NCBI GenBank assembly: GCA_021807125.1
Contig: JAKAPK010000001.1
Coordinates: forward strand, 251,079-315,078
Direction: 5' to 3'
DNA: 64,000 nt
Origin: Nanobdellota archaeon
GTDB taxonomy: Archaea > Nanobdellota > Nanobdellia > Parvarchaeales > Parvarchaeaceae
The position numbers were made by a program, and so were the translations under genes. The notes under the pieces are model-generated. The model worked only from the letters and a program-made list of their open reading frames with translations, made no database searches and was not told where the DNA came from. Of this stretch, positions 9,739-21,800 are shown piece by piece (the stretch's first letter is position 1; the number at the start of each line of letters is the position of its first letter).

Positions 9739-10782
9739 ATGGCAGGAAAAGGGGATTATTATAGAGTTTCTTTGGAGGACATGATAGCCTCACAAAAGAC
9801 ATTAAACGCTTATTTTGAGATCTTTGATAGATACAAAGAATTTAAACCGGAAGCATACGCGTTTGCGCTCCAGGTGATGGGATACAAGCGCATGAATTCT
9901 AAATATAACATAAATTGGCTGGATCAGAGTGCGACCGAACTTCACGTTTATGCGAAACAAAAGACTTTTTTTGATGAGTCTGGAAAAGCGCTCGATTTGA
10001 ATGATTTATATGAGAGCTTTGGTGAGAAGGACGTATCGAACGACATTAAAATCCTAACATATTCGATAGAAAGCACTCTTTCAACAGAAGGTTCGACATT
10101 TTTAGAGATTGACAAAAATTCAACACTAAAAGAAAACAAGTCAAATTACATTCCACCGTGCCTTGCAGGTATGAGAATAAAAATAGGGCAGTCAGAGAAA
10201 ACGCTAGACAAGGTGCTACTGCTTGACAGTTCCGCTAATTTCAGCTTCAGCGGAAATACGATCGAATTCGAAACTTTATCCACCAACTTCAGTTTCAATG
10301 AAAACGTATATTCGCTAAATATCAGCAAAACCTTAGACAAAAGCAGCAGTGAGCCGATTTACAGGCTTAAATACGTAATAAGAGAATTCGGTCCCGAAAA
10401 TCGCGATGTTACCATAGTAGACGAGGCAAATACTAAGATTTTAATCGCATTTGCGAAAGCAATAAAGAATGATATGATATTCTCAACAGTAACGTTGAAC
10501 GGCAATACGGATTCGCTTAGGGCAGCAGACTTGATCACCAAGAGAAAGATTACCAAACAATCGCTACAGGACCAGCTGTATAAAGAAGCCGAAACTATCA
10601 ATTCCGAGATAAAGGAAAGTGCAGCTTCTTACGTCCTTAATTCCGGTAGATATAAATTAAACAATGGACTTGTATGCGACGGTTTGAAATGTGTGCCTGT
10701 GAAGGTCTTTATAAAAAGCTGTGAAAATCTGGTAGACGAAATTACACTGTCAAAACTAAGCCGAATTGAAGGCTTTGGATAA
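9739..10782 (+). CDS. Hypothetical protein (orphan)
   Basis: 347-aa ORF with TATA-like TTTATAA about 30 bp upstream; no recognised motif. Confidence 0.7.
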   Translation: MAGKGDYYRVSLEDMIASQKTLNAYFEIFDRYKEFKPEAYAFALQVMGYKRMNSKYNINWLDQSATELHVYAKQKTFFDESGKALDLNDLYESFGEKDVSNDIKILTYSIESTLSTEGSTFLEIDKNSTLKENKSNYIPPCLAGMRIKIGQSEKTLDKVLLLDSSANFSFSGNTIEFETLSTNFSFNENVYSLNISKTLDKSSSEPIYRLKYVIREFGPENRDVTIVDEANTKILIAFAKAIKNDMIFSTVTLNGNTDSLRAADLITKRKITKQSLQDQLYKEAETINSEIKESAASYVLNSGRYKLNNGLVCDGLKCVPVKVFIKSCENLVDEITLSKLSRIEGFG

Positions 10783-10969
10783 TTACAATTTTTTTATAAA
10801 ATATCGCGCATTTCCAAGTATTTAGACTCGACTTTTCTATGTACCTGACAGCGTACGATCCTTATTCACGTCGCAGTACCATCAGCTGTGCCACATAAAC
10901 TTTCATTTTTTATTGTGTATTTCACTAATTAAAATACATACATTAGAAGACATCGTGAAAATGCGAAGT

Positions 10970-11584
10970 TTAAGGGGGTGATGCTAAATGTCCCGGTAAC
11001 GCCGCACCACCTATAATGAACGCAACTATTCCAGCGGCTATAAGAAGGATCCAAAGAACAGCAAGTAATATATTCCAGCTCATTGGCATGTCAATCTTTC
11101 TTTTTGGAAACTTATCAAGTATAAGAGAGGCTGGGAAAGTGAATATTGCCGCTAATCCAAACAATATAAATAAAGCGAGAAGCTCAAACGGCTCCTTTGT
11201 GAGCCCTAGAGAATAACTCGATATACCGTACCATATCGTCATGCCTCCAAACATTAGAGATAGGAAGCCGGCGTAACTCGTTTTTACGCGCAGTCTTATA
11301 CTTAATGAGAAAGCTAGCATTATTATGCCGAATGCGACAAGCGGATCAAAAAATAATATGTTGTACGGACCAGGTAAGAACCACATAAATTGAGATACTA
11401 CTCCTATGATCAGCGTATAAACGGCGACTATCGCCATGGTAATTGATAGGCTTTCTAACATCGGCTTCAGCGACATTTGACCCCTTCTATAGGCCCAATA
11501 CGCATCGGCCATCAAATAAGCCAATAAAAGCGCAGAAAACGAGATAGAGAAAAGATAAAAGGCAAGCTCATCTGTGAATGCCAT
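10970..11584 (-). CDS. DUF981-like membrane protein
   Basis: Likely start MAFTDELAF (ATG 11584); 'WFLPGPYNILFFDP', 'LTKEP'; about 6 TM segments. Confidence 0.75.
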   Translation of the reverse strand: MAFTDELAFYLFSISFSALLLAYLMADAYWAYRRGQMSLKPMLESLSITMAIVAVYTLIIGVVSQFMWFLPGPYNILFFDPLVAFGIIMLAFSLSIRLRVKTSYAGFLSLMFGGMTIWYGISSYSLGLTKEPFELLALFILFGLAAIFTFPASLILDKFPKRKIDMPMSWNILLAVLWILLIAAGIVAFIIGGAALPGHLASPP

Positions 11585-11707
11585 AGTCGCTACACTACTA
11601 TAAAGCAACCTCTCAATTTAAAGATTGATTTACAAAATAGTTTTTCCGGAGAGGTAATGAATAAGTAATATATCTCTAATACGGGCCGACTTCATTTAGA
11701 AGATAAT

Positions 11708-11790
11708 TGCAGAGGGAGGGATTCGAACCCTCGAAGGCCTGAGCCATAAGGTCCTTAGCCTTACGCGTTTGACCGCTTCGCTACCTCTGC
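11708..11790 (-). tRNA. tRNA-Leu(AAG), long variable arm
   Basis: Reverse complement: GCAGAGG-TAGCGAAGCGGTCAAACGCG-TAAGG-CTAAGGA-CCTTA-TGGCTCAGGCCTTC-GAGGG-TTCGAAT-CCCTC-CCTCTGC-A; anticodon AAG at 11756-11754. Confidence 0.93.
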
Positions 11791-11916
11791 ATTAATAAAT
11801 CTAATCTTATTATTTGTTGCTTATAAAAGATTAGTGGGACTCTCTTAAAAGAGAAAAAGCACATTAAGATCTAATTTTAATTTAGAAGCTATATCGCAGA
11901 GATGTCTTCTTTGTCA

Positions 11917-13005
11917 CTATAGCACTTCTGTACCGTTTTTTCTTATAACTATATCATCTTCGAACCTTACTCCGCCGAATCCCTCTATATATATGCCTGG
12001 TTCGACTGTGAACACCATATTGTCGGCAAGTTTTATATCGGAATATGAACCTAAGCCACCTCCATCGTGTACTTCCAGACCCAAAGAATGACCTAAGGAG
12101 TGTATAAACTTTCCTTTGTATATACCACCCGCATAAGAGTTTATATTTGATTCTGCCAACGAGTGTATAGATTTCGCTAGTTCTCCCGGTCTAATACTTT
12201 TTATAGCTAGATTTTGAGTTGCCAATACCAAATCGACCATCTCTTCCTTTTTTTTATAATCGTTTCCCTTGCCGAACAATATAGTTCTTGTGATATCACT
12301 GCAGTAATTGTCTACTTTCGCACCGACATCTATCAAAACGAAATCTCCATTTTTTAGCTTAGTCATATCAGGTGAATGGTGTGGTTGAGACGCATTCTTG
12401 CCGAAGCAGACTATACTTTCAAAAGATGTTGAATCTGCGCCTTTTTCGACCAGAATCTCAGCAAATTTTTCCGCAATATTTTTTTCGGTAACATTCTTTC
12501 TCAATAATGTCATTGTTTCCTTTATAGCCGCCTTCGTCAATTTGCAGGCTTTTTTAATTCTGCGTATTTCGTACTCATCCTTTGTTATTCTGGCATCCAT
12601 AAGTGATTTTGATATATCTAATGGAGTTTCTGAGGATATGTTCTTTAATAATGTGTAAGTATTCAACGGCAGATATCCTCCGTTTACACCTGTCCTTTGG
12701 TTATGGAGTTCATTTATCAGGCTATCGCGCATTTTATCCCAACTATCTATACGAACGACGTCAATATCTTTTGAGGACTGTTTTATCGCAGTCTCATACT
12801 CAAGGGGATAACAAAATAGCTTTATTCCATTTCTGTCAGCTATTAGATAGTCTCCTTCAAAAAGACCAGAAGTAAAATCCGTAAGATACTTGAAATTCGC
12901 ATCCTGGCAGCCGGATATCGCGTTAGATATAACTAATTTATCAATATCACACACAGAAAATATCTTTTTAAGCCGATTTAGGATTACCCCTTTTCTCAGC
13001 ACCAT
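11917..13005 (-). CDS. pepQ: Xaa-Pro aminopeptidase/prolidase (M24B)
   Basis: 'PHH', 'DVGA...YCSDITRT', 'HSLGHSLGLEVHD', 'TVEPGIY', 'GVRFEDD'. Confidence 0.92.
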   Translation of the reverse strand: MVLRKGVILNRLKKIFSVCDIDKLVISNAISGCQDANFKYLTDFTSGLFEGDYLIADRNGIKLFCYPLEYETAIKQSSKDIDVVRIDSWDKMRDSLINELHNQRTGVNGGYLPLNTYTLLKNISSETPLDISKSLMDARITKDEYEIRRIKKACKLTKAAIKETMTLLRKNVTEKNIAEKFAEILVEKGADSTSFESIVCFGKNASQPHHSPDMTKLKNGDFVLIDVGAKVDNYCSDITRTILFGKGNDYKKKEEMVDLVLATQNLAIKSIRPGELAKSIHSLAESNINSYAGGIYKGKFIHSLGHSLGLEVHDGGGLGSYSDIKLADNMVFTVEPGIYIEGFGGVRFEDDIVIRKNGTEVL

Positions 13006-13084
13006 CTCATCTTATCAAGTTTGTGATATTTAATAAATCAGATTTTTAAGAAAAGTTTATAAATCGCAGTTTTGTATCCTTTGG

Positions 13085-14341
13085 ATGAATAGTACTTACG
13101 CTTACATATTTTTTGCTTTTGTTAGCGTACTTGTAATCGCGTTAGGGATATATTATATAAGCAGCCTCATAAGTACTACACAAATCCCCGTATCTTCTAT
13201 GCAAGTCAGCGTAAGACTTACAGATCCATCGGACGTTCCCCTTGGTACGACAAGCCTGACTATAAACTACTCCGAGATATATTTACACGTTATCGCTAAC
13301 GGCTCATCTGAATGGATTACTGAGAATTCGAGCGGCAGTATAAACTTGCTGGCTCTCGTTAATCGCAGTGCTTTTCTGGGGATAATCAACCTATCTGGTA
13401 GTCTTATAATAGAGGGGGCTGGCTTTAACATTAGCGCGGCAAGCATAACCATAAATGAGTCTCAGCATGACGTTATAGCTTCTGGTAACAGATTTTTGGT
13501 GAACGTAAGCAATCAGTTAAATCTAAATAGAAGTGCTAGCGTGCTCATAGACCTTAACCCGACTATCTTGATAATGCTTACCGCAAACGCACCTTTGTTT
13601 GTAATAGTACCTTCCCTTGGGGCGATAATTGAGAATAATTCCGAAACTATTCCATTAAACACCGGAAAAAACAATTTAAACCCGGTATCACACAGCGAGA
13701 TGAATCTGTTAAATAGAGCAAGACCCAATATAAGCATAACGTCTGCTTTTCTAGGAGTTTTCGATAATTTCACAAGTTTGTCACTAACCGTGAGAGATAA
13801 TTCAAACGCCAGCATTGCACTTAATAGCCTTAAAGTTTATGGGCCTTTAGAAATGATAATAAACGAAACAGACTTGGGCATTTTGAACGATACGCTCCTA
13901 AATTTTACTAAAGATATCGCTAATTTTAGCGTTGGATTAGAACATAACATCAGTGAAAACGGACGTGAATTCGTAGGAATGCAGGGGGTAAATTTTTTAA
14001 TAAACTCCAATGGGGCTTTATTCTTACCGTTCAACAGACTGGAAGCCGTTTCATCGCAGGCTCAAAACAGTCAGACTGTGTCTAGTAGCCTGCACTGTGG
14101 TACTATACTCCCTTTGCTATCCCCCAAGACTGAGTCACAAATAAACGGCGCAATTGCCTCCTGTGTTGAGAATAATGCGTTTATTCTTGGCGCCTCGCAA
14201 TCGGCGACGTTATCATTCAATGACATTATACGTTTTGGTTTTGGTGCATTAGTGGTAAAGCCGATAATAGGCGATAGTTATAAGATTATTTTGCACGGAA
14301 ATTCAGATTCTGCCGCAATAGCGAACACTAGCGCAAACTAG
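13085..14341 (+). CDS. Membrane-anchored surface protein, DUF4382-like
   Basis: N-terminal TM segment, 'VRLTDP' motif, many N-glycosylation sequons; paralog of 55132-56823. Confidence 0.65.
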   Translation: MNSTYAYIFFAFVSVLVIALGIYYISSLISTTQIPVSSMQVSVRLTDPSDVPLGTTSLTINYSEIYLHVIANGSSEWITENSSGSINLLALVNRSAFLGIINLSGSLIIEGAGFNISAASITINESQHDVIASGNRFLVNVSNQLNLNRSASVLIDLNPTILIMLTANAPLFVIVPSLGAIIENNSETIPLNTGKNNLNPVSHSEMNLLNRARPNISITSAFLGVFDNFTSLSLTVRDNSNASIALNSLKVYGPLEMIINETDLGILNDTLLNFTKDIANFSVGLEHNISENGREFVGMQGVNFLINSNGALFLPFNRLEAVSSQAQNSQTVSSSLHCGTILPLLSPKTESQINGAIASCVENNAFILGASQSATLSFNDIIRFGFGALVVKPIIGDSYKIILHGNSDSAAIANTSAN

Positions 14342-16131
14342 TCAATCTTTACATCCTTTTCTAGCTTTATATTGAAATCATCTTTTAATCTCCCAGAGTT
14401 TATACTACTAGGAGACGAATCTAAAGGAGACTGCCCCCGTCTGTTTTTAGGAAAAAGAATGAAATCTTTTATATCATCGTCTCCCATTAAAACGGATATT
14501 ACTCTATCGAGCCCAAGCGCTAAGCCGCCGTGTATCGGTGCACCGTAGCTCAATGCTTCTATAAGGAAACCCATCGAACGATCTATGTCTTCTTTAGGAA
14601 CTCCTATTATTTCAAATATCTTCCTTTGCATATCAGAATTCTTTATTCTTATCGCACCGCCACCTATCTCTATGCCATTTAAAACCAAGTCATATTTTCT
14701 GCCTATCACCTTTTCAGGCTCTGAATACAGAAGTTTTTCGGTTTCGGCATTTGGACTAACGAACGGATTGTGTGACGGCTGCAATGCTCCTGTTATCTCG
14801 TCTTTTTCAAAAAGTGGAAAATTGTCAACCCATAGGAAGGCCGTTTCAGTATCGAATTTGCCTATTTTTTTGTCAAATATTCGCCTTAGTTTCGAAAGCG
14901 CAGAAAGAAGAATCGGCTCTGACATGTCAGCACCAATAACGATTATATTTCCTTCTTTTGCTCCTAACTTTTTAAGCAATGGTTTTTCTATTGGTTTCAT
15001 AGTTTCGGCTATCGTAATCGGTTCCGATTCAAGTGCGTCGTTATGCATAAACATCCAGGTCAGTCCCTTCAGTCCGAGTCTTTTCGCGAGGTCTATTAAC
15101 TCTAGCATATAATTCTTTTTTATTGTGCATTCTTTAGAAGTGAAGTCTACGTCAAAAACCACAGCTCTTACGTTACCTCCATTGGAGGCTATCCGTTTTA
15201 TTATGTCATAATTGCTTAATTTCGCTTCTGTAGTTATATCGATTAATTTATTGCTGAATCGCAAGTCTGGTTTGTCATTTCCATAGTCGTTCATAGAATC
15301 CTTATAGTCCATGTGTGCGAATGGTATTTTTAGATCTTTTCCAAGAACCTCCTTAAAAAGTCTCTTAAAAAGCCTTTCTATGAGATCCTGAATGTAATTT
15401 TCATCCTTAAATGAGACTTCCAGGTCTACCTGTGTAAATTCCGGCTGTCTGTCCTCACGCGGGTCTTCATCCCTGAAAACTCTAGCTATCTGAAAATACT
15501 TGTCTAATCCACCTATCATGCACAGCTGCTTATATATCTGGGGTGACTGAGGCAGCGAATAAAATTTACCTTTGTTAACGCGTGATGGTACTAAAAAGGT
15601 TCTAGAACCGCTTGCGTCATAGGTGTCTCTCACTAAGTATGGCGTTTCTAGTTCAAGAAAATCGTTGTCCCAGAAAAATTTTCTTATAGTTTTAGTTGCC
15701 TTGTCTCTAAACTCTATCGTTTTTATCATTCTTTTTCTTCTTAAATCAATATATCTATATTTGAAACGAATGTCCTCCGACGGAAGAAGATTTTCTCTTT
15801 CTTCAGTTATTTCAAAAGGTATTAGTTTTGACTTATTGACTAATTCGAAGGCGTCCACGTTTATTTCTACCATACCGGTAGGGTTTTTCGTATCTATTGT
15901 TTCTCTGGATCTTTTTCTTACTTTTCCGTTGACTTTTATAACATATTCTTTACCGAGTTCATCAGCCTCCTTTTTTATTTCTTTTTCAAATACTAGTTGA
16001 GTAATCCCGTATCTGTCCGCAAGATCTATAAAAAGTTTTCCACCGTGATCGCGTATGTACCTGCACCAACCATATACGGTTACTTCATCACCATCATTTT
16101 TTTCGTTTATTTTACCGCAGTTTATTTCCAT
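14338..16131 (-). CDS. aspS: Aspartyl-tRNA synthetase, bacterial type (probably non-discriminating)
   Basis: 597 aa with a GAD-type insertion; 'RDHGG', 'LPQSPQIYKQL', 'FRDED.R.DRQPEFTQ.D.E', 'YGAPIHGGLALGLDR'. Confidence 0.93.
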   Translation of the reverse strand: MEINCGKINEKNDGDEVTVYGWCRYIRDHGGKLFIDLADRYGITQLVFEKEIKKEADELGKEYVIKVNGKVRKRSRETIDTKNPTGMVEINVDAFELVNKSKLIPFEITEERENLLPSEDIRFKYRYIDLRRKRMIKTIEFRDKATKTIRKFFWDNDFLELETPYLVRDTYDASGSRTFLVPSRVNKGKFYSLPQSPQIYKQLCMIGGLDKYFQIARVFRDEDPREDRQPEFTQVDLEVSFKDENYIQDLIERLFKRLFKEVLGKDLKIPFAHMDYKDSMNDYGNDKPDLRFSNKLIDITTEAKLSNYDIIKRIASNGGNVRAVVFDVDFTSKECTIKKNYMLELIDLAKRLGLKGLTWMFMHNDALESEPITIAETMKPIEKPLLKKLGAKEGNIIVIGADMSEPILLSALSKLRRIFDKKIGKFDTETAFLWVDNFPLFEKDEITGALQPSHNPFVSPNAETEKLLYSEPEKVIGRKYDLVLNGIEIGGGAIRIKNSDMQRKIFEIIGVPKEDIDRSMGFLIEALSYGAPIHGGLALGLDRVISVLMGDDDIKDFILFPKNRRGQSPLDSSPSSINSGRLKDDFNIKLEKDVKID

Positions 16132-16159
16132 AGAACCAACCCGTGAGTAGTTAGACTAC

Positions 16160-17455
16160 TCAATTATTATCGATTATATCTTTAAGTACAATGCTTAGTC
16201 TTTCTGATACTAATTTTGATTGTAATCCAAAATTCTTTGTTATACTACCGACCATGAAATCATATACTTTCCTATCCTTTTTATACTTTTCAACCATATC
16301 TGTGTTTTTCTGCAAGAATGCGCGTATTATTTCGTCTATGCGTTCCGGCGAACTGTATACTGATTCTATCTGCATTCCCTTCTCAAGTTTGATTATTGTC
16401 TCCTTTGTTATATCGATCTTTCTTTTTAAAAGATCCATTAAGGCATCAAACACCTTGTCCTTTATGCTCGTGCAATCAAATCTTTTCAGTATTTCTAGAA
16501 GGTTTATTATCGATTGACTGTCATATTTATTTTTAGCGTATTCTACCAACCGTAGAGAATCTTTATCAAAGTAAATAAGTTCGCTTAATGTCTTTAGATT
16601 GAATCCGTACGAAACGGAAAGTTCATGGGCTATATGTCTAGCTATTATGGGCACAGGTATATTGACATCTATAGAATAATATTCTGTAAGATCTGGTTCA
16701 TATATGAAACCGTATTCCTCATCGCTTTCTTTTTCTCTTGAAGTTTCCGTAATCTTTCTAGATTCATCGTAGGATCTCGTTTCTTTTAGGACTTGTCTTC
16801 CACCTTCTATAAGTAATGATTGTCGTTTAATTTCATATCTTGCGGCATCCATCAGGTTCTTTATACCAGTTATATTTTTCACCTCGACACGTTCATCGGC
16901 TAACGATATATTAAGGTCTGCTTTCATTTCACGGTCTATATCTATGCCCTGGTAGTATAACAAACTGCGCAGCTCATATAAGAATTCGTGTGCCTCATCT
17001 TCGCTGTAAATATCTGGTTCAGTAACTATCTCGACTAGTGGAACGCCGGACCTGTTAAAATCCAAGAGTGAGTAATTCTTCTCCCTTAATATTTTTGCAG
17101 GATCCTCCTCCAACTGAATTCTTCTTATACGTATCGTTTTTCCTGTTATATTAACTTCGCCATCGAAGCCGCTAGGTTCATACAACTGCGTAATCTGGTA
17201 AGACTTCGGAAGATCTGGGTAGAAGTATATTTTTCTTACGAATGATACTCTATCATTTGTTTTGCATTTAAGAGCTCTTGTTATGCTTAGCGATATCCTA
17301 AGCGCTTCCCTATTAAGCATTGGTTTTGATCCGGGAAATCCCATACATATTGGACATATATTCAGATTTGGAACTTCATTATCTTGATTCAAACATCTGC
17401 AGAAAAGTTTAGTTTTTGTAGGAAGAGCTACATGTATTTCAAGTCCTATTTTCAT
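16160..17455 (-). CDS. gatB: Asp/Glu-tRNA amidotransferase subunit B
   Basis: Start MKIGLEIHV (ATG 17455); 'YFYPDLPKSYQITQ', 'NRSGVPLVEIVTEPD', 'RVEVKN'. Confidence 0.95.
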   Translation of the reverse strand: MKIGLEIHVALPTKTKLFCRCLNQDNEVPNLNICPICMGFPGSKPMLNREALRISLSITRALKCKTNDRVSFVRKIYFYPDLPKSYQITQLYEPSGFDGEVNITGKTIRIRRIQLEEDPAKILREKNYSLLDFNRSGVPLVEIVTEPDIYSEDEAHEFLYELRSLLYYQGIDIDREMKADLNISLADERVEVKNITGIKNLMDAARYEIKRQSLLIEGGRQVLKETRSYDESRKITETSREKESDEEYGFIYEPDLTEYYSIDVNIPVPIIARHIAHELSVSYGFNLKTLSELIYFDKDSLRLVEYAKNKYDSQSIINLLEILKRFDCTSIKDKVFDALMDLLKRKIDITKETIIKLEKGMQIESVYSSPERIDEIIRAFLQKNTDMVEKYKKDRKVYDFMVGSITKNFGLQSKLVSERLSIVLKDIIDNN

Positions 17456-18798
17456 ATTGCACCAATGTTGTATTTGAATTTTGGCTTGAATGATTTTTCC
17501 CAAGCCTCCAAAAATGAAATCAATGCATAATCATTGAAATGATCCGTAACTATTTGTGCCCCGACTGGCATACCATTCAGGTATGTGTACGGAAAAGACA
17601 TATGTGGCAATCCGGAAAGATTCGGAGGTATAGTTATAGCATCCATAGAATAATTTTGTACTGGAGTAAGCTCCTTTACTTCGGAGAATTTTGGTGTGAA
17701 TACCGGCATTGTCGGTGATATTATTAAGCTGTCTTTTAAAGTTTCTTTCAGCGCAGCGATTATCGTATTTCTTATGTTCAAGGCTTTGAAATAATACCTG
17801 TTTTTTACACTTGCACTTCTTACGAAAGTACCGAGTATTACGCGTCTTTTCGCCTCAGTCCCAAACGCCGTCCTAGAATTGGTGAAGAAAAGATTGTAGT
17901 TTTCGGTGAATTCCATATTTTTATGACCATATTTAAAACCAGTATATTTTGCAAGATTTGTAGAAGCTTCTGCCATTGATATTATATAGTATGCTGGTAT
18001 CGATTGTTTCAATATTTCTAGGCTTTTATATTCTACGGAGTATCCCTGTCCCTTTAACGTATCCAAAAGAGAATTAAATGGCTCTAATATCTCAGAGTCG
18101 ACATTTTCAACCAGTTCTTTAATCACTGTCAATTTGTTCGTACTAAAATTTTCTATTGCACGATTCGTGCATGTTGAATCATAATCATCTGTCCCGCGGA
18201 TAATATCAAAAGCATATCTGAGATCAGATGAGTTTCTAGCCATTACTCCTATCTTATCAAGAGAATTCGCGTAATCTATTAACCCATATCTTGATACAGC
18301 TCCATAGGTGGGTGTGAACCCGACAACGCCACAAAACGCTGCAGGAGCGGATATGGACCCTCCAGTTGATTCTGCGATAGCAATGTGATGTTTTAGTATT
18401 GCAGTAGCGACGGCTGCACCACTACTAGAACCACCGGCGACCCTCTCTTCATCAAACGGGTTTTTTGCTGGAGTATCACAGTTTATACCAAAAGTGCCGA
18501 AGCCAAATTCGTCCATAGATGTCTTTCCAATGAAACTGAATGAAGCCTGTTTGATTTTTTCGACAACAGTAGCATCAAAAGGCGGTATATATCCTTTCAA
18601 TATCGGCGAGCCTGCAGTGGATTCTACACCGTTTACGCATATATTGTCCTTTACGCTGAACGGGACGCCTCGGTCTATTTTTGATAATAGGTTAAATGCA
18701 TGGAGTCTATTATTTAGTTCGTTTATGTCGCGGTTTAATTTTTCGTAATATGAAGGTGGCTTGTCAACACTTGCGAATTCTTCTATTGTCTCCGTCAT
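17452..18798 (-). CDS. gatA: Asp/Glu-tRNA amidotransferase subunit A
   Basis: Amidase signature 'VKDNI', 'GGSSSGAA', 'STGGSI..PAAFCG', 'EAKRRVILGTF'. Confidence 0.95.
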   Translation of the reverse strand: MTETIEEFASVDKPPSYYEKLNRDINELNNRLHAFNLLSKIDRGVPFSVKDNICVNGVESTAGSPILKGYIPPFDATVVEKIKQASFSFIGKTSMDEFGFGTFGINCDTPAKNPFDEERVAGGSSSGAAVATAILKHHIAIAESTGGSISAPAAFCGVVGFTPTYGAVSRYGLIDYANSLDKIGVMARNSSDLRYAFDIIRGTDDYDSTCTNRAIENFSTNKLTVIKELVENVDSEILEPFNSLLDTLKGQGYSVEYKSLEILKQSIPAYYIISMAEASTNLAKYTGFKYGHKNMEFTENYNLFFTNSRTAFGTEAKRRVILGTFVRSASVKNRYYFKALNIRNTIIAALKETLKDSLIISPTMPVFTPKFSEVKELTPVQNYSMDAITIPPNLSGLPHMSFPYTYLNGMPVGAQIVTDHFNDYALISFLEAWEKSFKPKFKYNIGAI

Positions 18799-19064
18799 AT
18801 TTTTGGTCCTACGATGTAGAAACGATACGTCCTTGTATTCTTGAGAATACCTTCGACGTTATCAAATTTTTTAGGTACATCTTCGCCTAGATTCTCTTTT
18901 ATATTTATAGGGTGATAAGCAGGGTTTTCCTGGCATTGGGTGTTGTCTATGCTGTTAAAATAGGATATTATAGATTCTATATCGTTCTTTATTTTGTCGT
19001 ATTCCTCTTTTGTAAGTTTTATTCTGCAAGTCTTAAGCAATCTGTCAAATTCCTTCTCTTCCAT
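18795..19064 (-). CDS. gatC: Asp/Glu-tRNA amidotransferase subunit C
   Basis: 89 aa, overlaps the gatA start, C-terminal 'FYIVGPKI'. Confidence 0.85.
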   Translation of the reverse strand: MEEKEFDRLLKTCRIKLTKEEYDKIKNDIESIISYFNSIDNTQCQENPAYHPINIKENLGEDVPKKFDNVEGILKNTRTYRFYIVGPKI

Positions 19065-19065
19065 T

Positions 19066-19626
19066 TTATGTCGGGCTCTTTGAGTCTAATATATAGTTTG
19101 TTATATCTATGCACGATGCAGCGAGGTACTTATTGCGTCCCAAAGAAACTTTTTTTGCTCCCTCTCTTTCTAAAAAGCCCTCAAATTTCTTTGGCAGACC
19201 TATATGATCTCCTAGAAAGAAAACAGGGTTTTCGTTGAATTTCATATTGTCTATAATGTTACCGTTCTCACTTAATACATATTTTTCATTGACAGTTTTT
19301 ACGAAATTTTCTATGCCTTCCTTTGTAAGTGATACGCCAGCGTGTTGCTTGTTCATCAACACTTCATTTATTATTACTCTCCATGTATCTTCGTCAATTC
19401 TTACATCATATAATTCTGCGCCGTTAACTTTCAGATGCAACGGAGGATTAGGACGGCCGTATAGAAAAGCGTGGAATTCCACTTCTCTTCGTATAGTGTG
19501 CGACGCGAACAGACTTGTAAGTATGCACTGATATACTATATCTAATCTTCCGGCTAGCCTTAAGTTTCCTTTGAAAGGAACTGTGCTTCCGGTTCTAGAA
19601 TAGAGCACGAAAGTTCTTTTTGACAT
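19066..19626 (-). CDS. trmY: tRNA (pseudouridine54-N1)-methyltransferase (SPOUT)
   Basis: 'AGRLDIVYQC', 'SHTIRR', 'FFLGDHIG', 'VSLG...YLAASCI'. Confidence 0.88.
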   Translation of the reverse strand: MSKRTFVLYSRTGSTVPFKGNLRLAGRLDIVYQCILTSLFASHTIRREVEFHAFLYGRPNPPLHLKVNGAELYDVRIDEDTWRVIINEVLMNKQHAGVSLTKEGIENFVKTVNEKYVLSENGNIIDNMKFNENPVFFLGDHIGLPKKFEGFLEREGAKKVSLGRNKYLAASCIDITNYILDSKSPT

Positions 19627-19836
19627 ATAGTAAATAACATAACATATAATTTATATTGTTAAATTAATCCAAAAAAGAAAGTATTTAAATGAATACTATC
19701 AAAATAAGTAATCGTCTATAACTCCCGGAAAAGGTCGGAGTGCCGATATTCGGTGCGTTGATGACTTACTTTCAGTTATAGATGAGCTAGATGTCCGAAT
19801 GGACAGATGAAAATTGTGAGTGCATAAACTCATGTT

Positions 19837-21418
<1,582 letters not shown>

Positions 21419-21449
21419 CTTTTATGTTTATAACTTTCTAAGAATAGCT

Positions 21450-21752
21450 ATGAAAAGCCTTAAAAATGTAATAGCGAATCTAGTGTCCCAACTCTCTTAT
21501 GACGTGAGCAGTTCGCATAGAGATCTTCCGTTTATGACAAAGGATGGGCTAATCGGTAAGGACTTGAAAATTTTAAGGATAAGAAATGCATGGACTAAAT
21601 ACGGCGTTAGAAGAGTCTATGAGACCTCATCGTTCAAATTCTTTGGTTCCGAGGTCTTGGACAATGAACCGGAAAGCAGCGTTCTTAATCAGACGAGACA
21701 CATAAAGAATGGTACGTCGAAAGACGGGAAGAACTATTATGCTTGGCAGTGA
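21450..21752 (+). CDS. Hypothetical protein
   Basis: 100-aa ORF with TTTATAA about 23 bp upstream of the ATG. Confidence 0.55.
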   Translation: MKSLKNVIANLVSQLSYDVSSSHRDLPFMTKDGLIGKDLKILRIRNAWTKYGVRRVYETSSFKFFGSEVLDNEPESSVLNQTRHIKNGTSKDGKNYYAWQ

Positions 21753-21800
21753 GCAACCGGTCGACTGGAAAGCATTTTTAATAGTATAGGCAATCTGAAT

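Noticed and set aside
10790-10905. Small ORF or remnant between 9739-10782 and the DUF981 gene
   Set aside because: Only very short open frames, with no motif or convincing start.
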